A stretch of DNA of 64,000 nucleotides, taken from the NCBI RefSeq assembly GCF_009914755.1, contig NC_060926.1; one strand, written 5' to 3'. This stretch comes from the human T2T-CHM13v2.0 reference genome, Homo sapiens. Each line of letters opens with the position of its first letter. Within the stretch, counting starts at the first letter, position 1. The notes below the pieces were generated by a model that saw only the letters and a list, made by a program, of their open reading frames with translations, did not search any database and was not told the DNA's origin. A program made the position numbers and the translations under genes. Shown in pieces: positions 1 through 19,810 of the stretch.

Positions 1-473
1 AAACATAATTGATTGCCTCATCATTTGAAAACAAGAGGTCACTGAATCAAATAAATGGTAGGAAAATTTAGAACCAATAAAACAAAACATTTTGGATAAA
101 AGTTATTTCTCTCTTAGACCTGTTGCCATGAGAGTCCCATAAATGAACCAGATTTATAGTTAGCAGACTTTCTCAGTCACTTATAAATAATGACCACTGA
201 CACATAAAATGCATTCACAAGTAGATGCTTAGATTACCACAAAGGCCTTAAGACCTAAAACATCAATAATGTAATGAGCTTTGTTTTTTGCTACAGACAA
301 ACAAAAAATACACCCTGCAATTTTATAAAAAATTCAGGATTAAAGATTTATGTACGCTTATGACTCAAATGTAACCATTATTGTAAGAATGCATGGTAAG
401 CATGACATTGTTTCACTAGTCTTGCTACATCTTAAAATTAATTCGTTCATTCATCTGTCCATCCAGAAAGGAT

Positions 474-1208
474 GTTACTATGATATACAGCTTCTAAATG
501 GCCCCCAACCAATCCCCAAATCTTGTCATTGTGGAATCCCTTCCTCTTGAGCATGGACTAGACCATGTAACTCACTTCAAATGAATGCAATATGAAAAAA
601 GAGATGTTACTTCCAAGACTGATTATAAAGGGATTGTGACTTTTTCTCTACTAGGCCCTATTTTACTCTCTCTCTTTTTTCTTTTTCTCTCCCTTTCTCT
701 CTTTCTGTCTATCTGTCTCTCTCTCTGTTCATCTGTCTCTCACTCTTTCTCTCTGTCAAAACCCTGATTCTAAGGAAAACAGGAAGGTATGTTTTAGTGA
801 ATTCTCATAATTTTATTTTGGCCCAGCATCCATTTTGAATATAAATCTAACTTTCTCATACTAGAAGCAGGACTCAGTCACACTTGACAGTTTCCAGTTC
901 TTTAACCACATCCACCCTCAGTTCCCAAATGTGATTGGTCCACATATTTGCCTGATACAACTGCTCCCTGGTGACCACTTCTACTTCCCTATGGGACAGC
1001 TAGACATAGCCTACCTGACTGACCCCACTGACCCTCAGACCTCACATGGACTGTACAGATATGTCACAGTGACTACCTGTCAGTCACAGCACTACGTCCT
1101 GGAACTCTAAAACTTATGTTTGCTTGCTTTAAACCCACCACTTAGAACTCCCTGTGGGTAACCTATTTAGATAAGGTCCTGGATCCAATAAAGGCATTGG
1201 CTGATAGG

Positions 1209-1271
<63 letters not shown>

Positions 1272-1745
1272 CCTCCCTCCCTCCACACTCCCTGATCTCT
1301 TCGAGTGGCCTCCAGCATGCAGTGTAAATCTCAAGACCTCTAAGTAATAAAATTTTTATTTTCATCTTGTGTCTTGCCAAATCGTTGAAAGAATACTCTC
1401 TATCTTAAGGATCCTAAATTAAAATACATGCTATAAACAGCCCTACAGAGAGAGGCACATGTGCCAAAAAGCTTATCTTTCTGGCTAACTGCCAGTAACA
1501 ACCGGAGGGCAGCCAACAGCCAAACAAGTGACCTTATAAGAGAATTCCACCCCCAGTGGAGACTTTAAATAATCACAACCCTGGCAAAGACCTTAACTGT
1601 AGCTTTATGAGAATTCTGAATCACAGGTGCGCAGCTAAATAGTGCCTGGATTCTTAATTCAGACAAATTGTGATATAACAAATGCTTGTTGAATAAGTTC
1701 TTAAGTTTGGGGGTTATTTTTTATGAAACAATACATAAATAAAGC
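474..1745 (+). mobile_element. MLT1F/G-like MaLR LTR interrupted by a nested LTR
   Basis: MLT1-like 5' part (AAATGGCCCCC...ACTTCCAAGACT) and 3' part (CAGCCAACAGCC...TAAGTTTGGGGTTATTT...CAATACATAA) on either side of 790-1428. Confidence 0.6.
790..1428 (+). mobile_element. Solo ERVL-type LTR (MER73-like) containing a (CT)n microsatellite at ~1211-1270
   Basis: TG...CA ends, AATAAA at ~1346, ~640 bp, inserted within MLT1; family from recall. Confidence 0.55.
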
Positions 1746-1764
1746 AGTTAAGTATTAATACATA

Positions 1765-1990
1765 GACTCTATAATCAAATGACCTGTGATGAATTTCTGG
1801 CTCCATAATTCTTAGCTTCTTTATCTTAGTCAATTTATACATTTTTTATATATCAATGTCCTTGTTTATAAAGCAGGTATAATAATAGTACCTCTCACAT
1901 CAAGTTCTTTCAAGTTTAAAACCCAAATGTACATACAGAGATCTTAGAGCAGTGCCTGATTCACAGTAGGCACTTAAATTTTAGCTACTG
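1765..1990 (+). mobile_element. MIR SINE
   Basis: GTATAATAATAGTACCTC and CTTAGAGCAGTGCCTGA..CAGTAGGCACT core motifs. Confidence 0.6.
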
Positions 1991-2829
1991 AAGCTCATTT
2001 ATTTGAACAATAATATTAAGACTATAAAAAGTTACTAATACACTTTGCGAAATTGAGCAGGTGACATAATCACCTTGGGTCTCGGTATTCTTTCATTCAT
2101 TCAAAAATATTTAATAAGCACCAATTCTGCATCAACCTGCATATATATTTATAATAAGAGGGAGAGAAAGCAACAGGAATAATAGTGCTGCCACTAAGTG
2201 AAAGAGGAAGACTGCAGGAGAAACAGATTTCAGGGAGAATATACGGGGCAGTCAAATACCAAGAGTGAAGTTGTATGAGCTGTCAATGCTTGTGCAGTTA
2301 ATATGTTATCATTATCTAAGGAGCATTATCTAAGGAGCAGTCATTCTCAAACATTTATGAGCATCTGATATAGGGCCCAAGAAGTTGCATTTCAACAAAA
2401 TGACAAATAATACTACAGCTGCTGCTCCAGGAATCACACTACAGTCCATTAATGTGGAATATGTTAAAACAATAAAAAAAGTGAGTTTGATTATTATTAT
2501 CATTTATAATAATCGGGGAAAAAATGCTTGTCCCCCTAAATGTAAAACCGTTCTTGGTTTAATTGAGAAATAATTGCTATGGTTGCTGTGGAATTTAGTA
2601 AATTTTATAAGTATAAAATATAACCTTCCAATCAACACATTTTTCCTACATAAATTTAATAAACATTGCATTGCACGTGGAAATTAATAAGTGGAAATCT
2701 TAGTTACACTGTCAGTTCCAAAATAAACAGACTTAGCTTAAACATTTGTTTCAGGTTTAAGTTACTAGCGACATAGAAGTTATCCCTATCTATTTAATGT
2801 TGTGCAATGTTAATTAAAATTGTATTTAA

Positions 2830-5800
2830 AAATTTTTTTTCAAAGGTTTATTCCTACTATGTATTGACTTTGTATTGGAGGCCGTATTAAATTTCCATAT
2901 TTGCTCTTACATTTTTAATATCTTTCTTAGGATTTTCTACATAAATAGTCATTTGTAAACAAATGTGTTACGCTCCTTTATTTCCAATCAGTATATTTTT
3001 AAACGTTTTTTCTTGCTTAAATATATTAGCTACGGTCTCTAGTAGAATGTTAATTGGAAGTACTGAAGGCAAATGTATTTTCGTTCTTCAAAAATTAGGA
3101 AGGAATAATCAATTTTCTACCATTATGTATGATCCTTACTGTGGAATTTTTATAGATAGCCTTTATAAAGCTATTTATATTTTTCTGAAAATATTTATAA
3201 CGAATAAATTTTTAATTTTGTCAAAAGCTTTTTCTGCACTTCTTAAGATGACCATAGATTTTTTTAAATTATAGCAATGTGGAGAAAATACCTTAATTGA
3301 TTTTGAATGCTAAACCAATATTTCATTCCTGGAATAAAATCTTTTTTATGTTGCCAGATTTGATCGTTAAACTTCTATAAAAAAATCTTTGCATTATGTT
3401 TAAGGGGTACTCCTCTGTATTTTTAAAGTTTTGACATAATATGGTCTACAATGATGAATTCCTAAAATGAGTTTTAGGTATTTTCCACTAATTTTTTGGA
3501 AAAATTTTGTGTAAAAGTATTATTTTTTCTTGAAATATTTTATATAATTTACCAATGAAGGTAATTAGCTCAGGATTTTTCTTTTTTGGAAGATTTTTAT
3601 TTATTAATTTAATTTATTTAACAGACATGGTGTTATTCTGGTTTTATGTTTCTTCAGTTATACTGTAGTTTATATTATTTAAAGCCTTTGCACATTTCAT
3701 CAAGAATGTCAAATTTGACAAAGATTTATTGACACTTTTTCCTTTTTATTGTTGTAATACTTGTAGTAGAGGGTAGCAAACTTTTCTTCTGTAAGAGGCC
3801 AGATTGGAAATATTTTAGGCTTCTCAGTTAGTGTAGTCTCTGACATAACTCTTCAAATCTGTTGTAATGTGAAAGTAGCCATAGAGAACACAAAAATAAA
3901 CGGATGTGGCTATGTTCTAGTACAATTTTTTTTTTCACAAAAACAGGCTATAGGCAATACTTGGTTTTGAGAACTTAATATGCTGATTCTAATTTAGAGA
4001 TATCTAGATGTATAAATAGGATCAACTACAATGTGCCCTGTTGTATTACAGATATTGTCAATTTGTGTTTTTTCTTTTTTCCTCATCCGATTGTCTAGTG
4101 GCTTTTCCTTTTCATTTATCTATCCAAAGAGCAAAATTTTGGTTTGATACATTTTCTCTATCTATTTTTTTGGATATAACTTTCTTTTCTAAAAGTTTGG
4201 GTGAATATTTAAGGCATGCGTTTTAAACCTTCCTTCTTTTCTAATACAAGCACTCAAGATTTATAATTTTTCTAAGCATATAGAAGGAATTTGTACCCCA
4301 CACGTTTTAATAAGATATTTAAAAATCTTTTTCAGTTTGAAATATTTTCTAAATATCCTTCTGACTTCCTCTTTGATTAGTTAGTTATGTAAAAGTGTGT
4401 TTCTTATTTTTCAAATTGTTCTGAAATTTTCCAGATATATTTTTGTTATTGGTTTCTATTTAAATTCCTGGTAATGAGAAACCAAACTCTATATAACTTC
4501 AAATCTTTGATATTTCCTGAGACTTTTAAAAGAATCACTCAACATATGTTCCATCTCATTAAATGATCCATGTATGCTTGAAAAAAATGTTTATCTATTG
4601 CACCACCATAATTCAGCCTGGACGACAGAGCAAAATTCTGTCTCCAAAAAAAAAAAAAAAAACCCTTGATCTTATCCTTTTTGAGTATAGTTTTTATAAA
4701 TATCTGTTAGGTTATAAAGTTGTTTAAATCAGTTTTGTCTTTATTTTTGTCTATTATATCAATTACTGAGAAATAGATGTTAAAAATCTCTAAATATATT
4801 TATGAGTTTCTGCATCATGGATTCTGAATATCTTTATTGGTTTTGTCTTCATTGGCATTGTCATATCTTTTAAACAAATTTACTATTTTTAAATTATGAA
4901 GCACTACTTTAAGACGGTGAGTGGCAGCACTCACCGTCTTAAAGTGTATTTTGTCGGATATTAATGTGAAGACATTAGCTTTCTATAAGTGGTGTTTGCA
5001 TAGTGCATCTTAAATTTTAATTTTAACTATAAAGTGAATATTTTATGATCAGCATATAATTGTCTTATCATCCTGATAAGCTCTCATTTTAATTGGATTG
5101 TTTGGTATCTTTATATTTTGTGTGATTTGTTATATGTTTTCTATTATGCCTACCATATTGTTATTTGACTTCCACTGTTTTCTGGTTCATAACTTTTCTA
5201 AAAGGAAGTCAGTAATAATTCATAATGCTGTTTTCTTTATTTAATGTCATATTTTTCTAGCTGCTTATACGATTTTTTCAACATACCTTAAATGTTCCAT
5301 TATATTATATGTGCTTGAGGTTCTCTAAACTTATTATGTCTATAAATTAATATCTTTTAGCATATTTGGAAATTTTTGCCTTTTTAAGTCTTCTAAAAAA
5401 AAGTCATCAAATATGTTGTTATTCCACAAATATCTCTTCTCTTTCTCTAGGATATCAAGTACACTGCTCTTAAATTGATATGATAAACCTCTTAAACCCT
5501 TAAAATGATATGATAAACTTCTTGATATAGTCCCACAGATCACAAAGATTCATCATTTTTCTCCCTAATGGTCCCTCTATGCTCTTAAATCAGATATTTC
5601 TATTAATTTGTCTTTACATTTGCTGACTCTTGTTTCTATCATGTTTATTATGACAATCAGTTCATTCAGTATTTGTTTTTAATTTTAGAAATTTTGTTTT
5701 TTAAATATAATTTGCTTTTGGTTTAAAAAATCTTATTTTGGCTAAATTATATATTTTCATTTATTATGAACATGTTTTCATTTATGTCATTTATCATTAC

Positions 5801-5890
5801 TATAGTAGCTACTTTATAATTTTTTCTGTTAAGCCAATATTTAATTCATCTCAATGTATATTGCAGTTGATTGCCCCTATTTTTTGCAAT
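2830..5890 (-). mobile_element. Ancient L1M fragments (antisense), with a MER58-like hAT at ~3770-3990 and an Alu 3' stub at ~4597-4661
   Basis: T-rich degenerate L1 ORF2 antisense motifs (e.g. TAGAATGTTAA, TTTTTCTGCA..AAGATGACCATA). Confidence 0.55.
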
Positions 5891-5897
5891 GTAGGTC

Positions 5898-6256
5898 TGC
5901 TATGGTCTAGATATTTATGATTCCCAAAACTCATATGTTGCAATTCTAACCCCAGGGTGATAGTATTAGGAGGTGGGACCTTGGCATGTGATTAGGTCAT
6001 GATAATGGAGCCCTAAAGAATGGGATTGCTCTGCTTGTAAAGGAGACCTCAGGGAGATTTCTTGCTCCTTCACCCAGTGAAGTCGCAGAAATAAAATTTA
6101 GCTCTGAACCAAAAGCAGGCCTTCTCCAGATACTGATTCTGCTGGTATGATGACATTGGACTTCCTAGCCTTTAGATATGTGAGAAAGACATTTCTTTTG
6201 TTTATAAGCTACCCAGTTGATGGTCTTTTGCTATAGCAACACAAATGGACTAAGAT
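5898..6256 (+). mobile_element. MLT1A/MST-like MaLR solo LTR
   Basis: TGCTATGGTCT...GTATTAGGAGGTGGG...TTGTTTATAAGCTACCCAG...ATGGACTAAGATA. Confidence 0.75.
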
Positions 6257-6289
6257 AGGGTTATATGTGTTTTTAAAATCACACATAGC

Positions 6290-7800
6290 CTAACTATGAA
6301 AGAATGAAAAAATATATATTCAGTAAACAAAAACAGCCAGAATGGCCATAATGATATCAGACAAAAAAGACTTTAAGCCAAAACATGTCACAAGAGACAA
6401 GAAGAACATTATATAATGATAAATGGGCCAATTCACAAGAAAGATATAACTATTATAAATATACATGCATCCAACATCAGAGCACAAAAATATATAAAGC
6501 AAACATTGATAAAACTAAAAAAAGAAATAGCAAGACAACAGTAGTAGCATATTTCAATATTCCATTCTTAATAATGGATAAAACAACTAGACAGAAAAAC
6601 AAAAAAGTAACATTTAACTTGAACAAAACTCTAGATCAAATTAACCAAAGACACATATAGAGAACATGCCACCCAACAACAGCAGAATACACATTCTTTT
6701 CAAATGCACATAGAACATTATTTAGAATATATCACATTTGGCAACAAAATATGTTTTAACACATTTAAGAAGATAGTAATCATACCAAGTAAATTTTCTA
6801 ATACATATGGAATGAAACTAGAGATTGATAGCAGAAGAAAGACTGGAAGATTCACAAATACGTTGCAATTGACAACACATTCTTGAACAACCAGAGTCAA
6901 AAATAAATCCAATGGGAAATTAAAAAACATCTTGAGACCAACTAAAACTGAAACACAATTCACCAAAACTTATGAGATGCAGCAAAAGTAGTAGTAAGAG
7001 AAATGTTTATGGTAATAAATCTCTATGTTAAAAACGAAGAGAGTTATCAAACCAGTAACCTAACTTTACACCTCAAGGACCCAGAAAAACAAAATAAGTC
7101 CAAGACAAATGAAGAAGGAAATATTAAAGCTTAGTATAGCAATAAATAAAATAGAGACAAATAAAATGATAAAAAAATGAAAATTAGTTTTTTTTAAAAG
7201 ACCAACAAAATTGACAAACCTTTGGCTAGACTAAAAAAAATAGATAAGGCTCAAATGAATAAAAGCAGAGTTGAAAGAGAAGACATAATTGATGCCACAG
7301 AAATAAAAAATGACAGTAAGAGACTGCTATGAAAAATTATATGCCAACAAATTGAGTAACCGAAAAAGAAAATGGAATAAAATTCTGAAGCAAAAAACCT
7401 ACCATTTGTAATAGCATTAAAACCTGAAATATAAGAAACCAGATTTATCAAAATATGTGCAAGATATTTACATTAAAAACTACACAATATTGCTCATAGA
7501 TATTAAAGAAGACCAAAGTAAATAGAGACCATGCTCCTTGGTTGAAACAGAATATTCTTAATATTCCAATTCTCCCCAAAATGATCTATAGAGCTAAGGC
7601 AATCCCAATCAAAATCTAAGCTGGCTTTAAAATAGAAACTGAAAAGCCATTAAGAAGTTCTTGTGAGTGTGGCTGGTTGGTCTAGGGCTATGATTCTCAC
7701 TTAGGGTGCAAAAGGTCCTGGGTTCAAATCCCAGAGGAGCCCAACTTTTAGTTCAAAAGTTCTTGTGAAAACAAAAATAATCTAGCCAAAAATATTCTTG
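6290..7800 (+). mobile_element. Old L1 (L1M) ORF2 endonuclease-region fragment; host of the tRNA and AluYb insertions
   Basis: A-rich degenerate ORF2 (CAGCAGAATACACATTCTT, GGAATGAAACTAGA, ATTGACAAACCTTTGGCTAGAC). Confidence 0.75.
7671..7742 (+). tRNA. tRNA-Pro(AGG)-derived pseudogene (retroposed copy)
   Basis: GGCTGGTTGGTCTAGGGCTATGATTCTCACTTAGGGTGCAAAAGGTCCTGGGTTCAAATCCCAGAGGAGCCC: 72 nt aligning to tRNA-Pro-AGG with about 8 substitutions, including an acceptor-stem mismatch; flanked by a 12-bp direct repeat. Confidence 0.88.
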
Positions 7801-7816
7801 AAAGAGGAAGAAATTT

Positions 7817-8138
<322 letters not shown>

Positions 8139-11100
8139 AAGAGGAAGAAATTTGAAGATATACACAGTCTGCAGCCAGACACAAAAAAATTACATATTGG
8201 ATTTTTCCTTTTTATGAAATGTCCAGAAAAGAGAAATATATAAAGAATACATAGGCCTGTGATTTCCTGGTCTGGGAGTAGAAAGGATACTGACTGTAAA
8301 TAGGCATTAAGGTATTTGTTTAAAGTGAAGAAAGTACTCTAAAACTGGATTGTAGTTATCATTGTGTAACAAATATTTGTGAAAACAATTGAGCTGTTTG
8401 CTTATAATAGGTGAATTTTATAGTATTTACATTATACATTTATAAAACTTTTTAAAGTATTTTTAATAAAGCTGTGTCATTAAAAAGACCAATAATCTGC
8501 CATTCCTAACATGTTTAGTAAAAAAACATGAAACACGCAGCATAAGGATTTTAAAAAGATACTTTTTTGCCAGGTTAATTATTTTATTTTAAAAGCGAAG
8601 ACTATTTTTTTCAAATTAAGTTAGAGAATCACCCAACATTATAATTCTCTGGGAAAATGTGAAGTTGTGACTTATAAGTAAAAAAACCTGAAGACCATGA
8701 CTCCAGAAAAAGAAAATCTAATGCAAAGAAATTCTCCTTACTCCAAATTTTGAGTCCCACACATTTTAAAGATTTTTTTTCAAATCCTTTTATATTAACT
8801 AATTTATGATACTTAATGGGTCCCAGATTATATAAAAATTCTTATTCTATTTGATTCCAAAATCTGATGGAGCACAGAAAACAACCACCACAATATCGAT
8901 GAGAAGAAAACACAACAAGATGTTATTTAGGAATATCGGGGGAAACTTTATTACAAAGCTGGGAAATTGAATTCATTTTATATTAAGAATTTAATAAGCT
9001 CTTCTGAAGATGAATTCATTTCATGAACATTTCAGCTTATAAATATAAATACAATTATTCTGTGAATGGTACAGAGTGAAAAATTTAATGATTGTCTTGA
9101 TAGTGATTTAAAAATTATATAAAAGTATATAAACATCTCTATATATACGTATACCACACAAGCGTTGAGTTGATTTTACTGTGAGGCATCCACATTAACA
9201 TTTAAAATTCAAAAAACAATTTTTTCAGGCATATAAATGGTTTAACATTTGTTTCCGGAAATTCTAACAAGTGAAACTTGACAAGAAAACAAAAATAAGT
9301 GTTGTGATTATTGAAAGAAAATCAACATATACTTCTATTTGCTGGTGATATGATTATTCTATTGAAAAGAACTGTTCACGTTTAAATGAATAGCATTAAT
9401 GTGATACGCACAAAATAGTAAGCTTATGGCACAGAACTTTTTTGAGAGGCCAATGTAGAAAACAAATTGTTATTACCCTGATGATATTTTTATAAGAGAA
9501 AACCCACTAATGTGTTGATTGAACAGAATTTCTATCAAAATCTCAATATACATTTTGATTTAATAATTCAAAAAATATTTACAAATACTCAATTAGAGGA
9601 GATAAAAATAGATTATTCACTGAATGAATGACTTTGATGCAACTTTCTAACGATTCAGGGAAATTTAAAGTTAGATTCCTCCCCCACATTTACTGAAAAC
9701 TAAATTTATTTCATAGCAAGTATATATATATATGTGGTAAGAGAATTATTACAAATATAGAATATTATATGTAAATATGTATAAAAGTTTGGCTGGAGAA
9801 GAACTGCCTAGTTGTGACACTAAAAGTGGAGACAATTTAGGAACCTATTTAAATATGTAACAATTAATATTAAAAAGCAAATAATTTTTTAAAAATTATA
9901 ATAAATGCAAATAAAAAGCATTACTATTTCATAAAGAGCTCTTACAAGTCAATAAAAATTTAACCGGTAGAAAAATGGATAAAAGTTCACTGAAAGTAAT
10001 CTCTAAAATAAATAATTTGAATAATTAATAAGCATCTAAAGAAGCATTGCACATCAATACATTGTCAAATTAATACATTTTTTAAAATGACAAGCTGTCA
10101 CATTTTTCTGTTCAATAATCAAAACTAAAAATATGTTGCAATATCCAGCAGTGACTACAATGAACTGATATAGGCACTATCCTACATATTTTTAAGAAAT
10201 AAAAACTCGCAAATTTTCTGGATGTCTACTTGCTAACTTTTAAAAACATTTAGCAAATGGAATGTGCATTTGTTTTACTAAACTATTCCTTTCAATGAAT
10301 TAATCCTAAATAAATAATAAAAGTATGACACAGTTACAGGGATCTTTATAAGTTATGTTTATAGGAGCAAAAATTAGAACTATACAAGATGCTAACCCTC
10401 TATTAAAGAGTCATATTTCCTCCATACAATGGAGAACTGTGAGCCCATTAAAACCTGATAATGTCATGATCTCTAATACATAGTCAAGTGTAAAAATAGG
10501 TAGCAAATCAAAATTATCTTCTCTCAATGTACATCTGTGCAAGTCTGTATATGCTCACATGTGTGTGCATAAATCAGTATTTCATATTAATATAAAATAT
10601 CTAGGTGAACCACATGTTGACCGTGGCTTTGCATTGGGTTTATTTTTATTTTTGTGTGTGTTGTTACAATAGAATTTGTATAACAAGAAAGAAAAAAGTA
10701 AATATGTTAAAGTTAAAATATCTACAAAGTACAAGAAATATGAATTAAGGAAAAGTAGAGAAATGGAATCCTGAGTCTTATAAAGAATAACAAGAATAAT
10801 ATCTATTGTGACCCAAACTTAAAAATTTCCCTCTTTTGACCAATTTCTCACCCTGTGTGTTATTAGTCTTCTTTTGATATCTACCTCTAATTTATGTTGG
10901 ATTAACTGAGGTAAAGACACAGACACATTTCTCTGTGTCATTTGTATTCTGGCACCTCTCTCTATTTGGCTCAACATTAGACTGTCATTTTCATTTTCTC
11001 AGGTAATTAGTGATAACCGTGTACCAAATATTAAATATATAATTCATGACAATTACAGAACAATTTCCTGGGGATACAAAATATCTGAAATATAATTTAC

Positions 11101-13764
11101 CCTCTCTGAGAGTTGCCAGTTGAATAAAAGAGTTTAAAGTTATTATGTTGCCTTGGCTATGTCCTTATTTCTGTCTTGCAATGCAATTCACTTTTGGATT
11201 CTTGCCTGTATTCCTCCAACAGATCAAGCAACACCTAACTAATAGCGTAAGAATCTGGCCCTCTAATTCAATTCTTGTACATTTTCTGGAAATTAAACTT
11301 GAGAAATTGACTTCTATTGTAGACTTGATCTTAGATTACTGTCCATGATCTCTGGAGTTTTTACTCTTGCCACTGGGATCCTAAATTTGTCCCCTTCCTA
11401 GTCTATCAGAAAAGTACACCCAGCACATTGGGGAATAATAACAATTAATTAAAGACAGAGGATAAAGCCTATTGAGACATAATACTTCCTCTATATTAAT
11501 GACTTGGGAAATGTATTTTTATGTAATCAACAGAAGCATTGAGTCTCTATTACCTAAATTATCTTTATTTGATTAGAGACATTACTAAGAACCTTAAGCT
11601 TTGTAATAATTGAACCCAATATTTTCAATATGTGAAAAGTGACTTTAGTCCTTGAATATTATTTATTTTTGTTATGGCTACACAAATGTATGCCCAAACT
11701 GTTTTCTAACAGATATTGTGGTAATTATTTGATAACAATTACAAATTGAATGGTTTTCATTTAGGAATTTTAAAGCCAGTTGGAGTGAAAATGTCCTCAT
11801 CTTCTCTGGGACAGGTAAGGAAGTAACCAGTAAGTTTGAAAAATATTTGGAAAGTTACATTTAATTTCGTAATCAGTGTATTATTTCCTTTATGTTTAGC
11901 AAAATTTGTTGGTTCTTGTAATAAGTTTGGGGTCTTCCCCCAACTGCATAAAGATACATAAATTGGGATTTTTGCTGACTCAAGAAACCTTAGCCAAATT
12001 TCATTGATATTTCTTCACCATTCCTCTATTAACAAAGTTTAAAAAAAGATAAGAAATATGAACTCAAAGTATACTTTTATGATTACTATTTTTTAAAATC
12101 ACCTATTTTTGTGACTGCTTTATTGAAACACTGAATCACTTCATGTATCTGCCTAGTGACTCAAAAAGTGTTATTACAATTCACTTTAAATGAAAGTGCC
12201 ACTCACAATCTTGATAATTAATGCAGGTAACCGGCTGTGTGAGAAAGTTAACATCAGCCTTAACCTCATGCACTGAACTGTTTTTCACATGTCAGATAGG
12301 CATTTCATTTTGAGGAAAGCCATGTTTTTGTTCCTTTTGTGGTTGGAATTTATAATTAATTATACAACATGGAGATGCTGTATTTTAATTATAAAACATT
12401 TTAATGTGGAACACATGAGACCTAGGATACAGAATGTAGCAATCAAGTTGTACAACAAATAATCAAACCTCTAATTATGAAAGCTACAGTGGTTCCTGAA
12501 ATCTAAAAGCAAAAGTCACAGGATGGTTTATTTAACAATAGAATTTATTATATTTTATATCTTCTTCAAAGCTTACTTTGTTTTTCCTCTTATAGGAAAT
12601 CCTTTTTACCTACATAGAAAAGTTACGTTATTGGAATTTACATCCCTCCTCCATAAGAAAAAAGACATCTTCTCTTCCAAATGTCCACCATGCTAATTTT
12701 ATCTCTTTCTTATTATATTTAACTTTAAAAATCTTGATCATTATAATTGCTGTGGGTCGTATATTCACTGTGAATATTCTGTGAGAGATGACAGTTTTAT
12801 TCTTAATAACCTGCATATTAAGAATCGCCATGCCTTTTTCATGGTTAGTGTTCAATCCACATGTTAAAAGAATGAAAAATGCATTACTGAATTATCTTAT
12901 ATTACCCTTTTTTGCAGAATCATTCTTTGTAGTGTTAGTGAAATATGCCGAATATTAAAATAGGAACCAAACTTTTTATAAAATGCTGCCTCTGCTGTCT
13001 CACAATGCCTAATGCTACCTCTAAACGATAGTTATTATTCTTTTCTGTCATATAAAGAAACATAGTCATGCCAATTGGTTTTTTGCCACTATATATCCAG
13101 TGGGAATCACACAGAGAATCAATTCATTACAATGATAAATTACACCATTAAATAGTATATTATGCCAGAATAATCTAGAAGGTCATGAAAGAAAGATTAA
13201 GAGATGACAAGAGAATCTACAATGTGTAAGAAAGTGCATGATACATGAAAAAATAGGTTTTGGTTTGATATCTACCAAATATGTTAAATGAATATATAAC
13301 CCTGTAAAAATTGAAAAATTACATACTTGTAAAATCAGAATAAAACTTGAGATACTCATCTTTTGTATAACTTACATGAAATTGTACCAAGTGATGACTT
13401 TTTAAATACAGTTCTAGTTATTTCATATTTCTACTCAAGTAATGTGGTTTGCTCCATAGGAGTTATTTGAAAATAAACCACTTTTCAAATGCTCAAATCT
13501 ATTATTGTTCTGTCAGTTGTGCAACTCATAAATACTCTTTCCTATTCTCTTCAAAACACAGAAGTAATATTAAAATCAGTGGGAAATATTCTTAGACAAG
13601 TCATTGATACAAAATATTAAACATATATAAAAAGTAAACTTTAATATTCACCATGTATGTTATTATTTTATATTCAATTTTATAATTTGTTAACACACAA
13701 AAGTATTATGTCCTGACCATATCACACTATCACCGCGGGAGGAAGGGTGAGTGGGTAGAAATAC

Positions 13765-18017
<4,253 letters not shown>

Positions 18018-18327
18018 TTTTTTAATGTACATTCTGACAGTAATTATATAAAAAGGCATATACATATGAATTAAAGATGAAATCTTCTATATACAGTGTG
18101 AAAGAGGTATGCCGCAGCTGTGAGACTGTGCAATGACACCATTAGACATCATCATGATATAGCCAAAGAAGGGTAGACTACTTTGCAGATGAACATGCTT
18201 TAACAACCAGTGTTGAATATTTTCAGAATAAGCGTTTTTCAGATCTCTGACTTATGCTACCATGTATTGTGATAGCCAAAACATTTCAACTTTGGGAATA
18301 ATTTCATTTATCATTATAGTAGACTAA

Positions 18328-19810
<1,483 letters not shown>

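Noticed and set aside
2310-2339. 14-bp tandem duplication CATTATCTAAGGAG x2 (similar imperfect repeat at ~5469-5525)
   Set aside because: Ordinary slippage duplications with only two units; not a CRISPR-like or functional array
7671-7742. Functional tRNA-Pro gene
   Set aside because: Acceptor-stem G-G mismatch, altered D-loop, CpG decay and a TSD indicate a retrocopy
10800-13700. Possible exons of another gene in the unique AT-rich stretch
   Set aside because: Isolated AG/GT motifs, but no recognisable protein or consistent open frame
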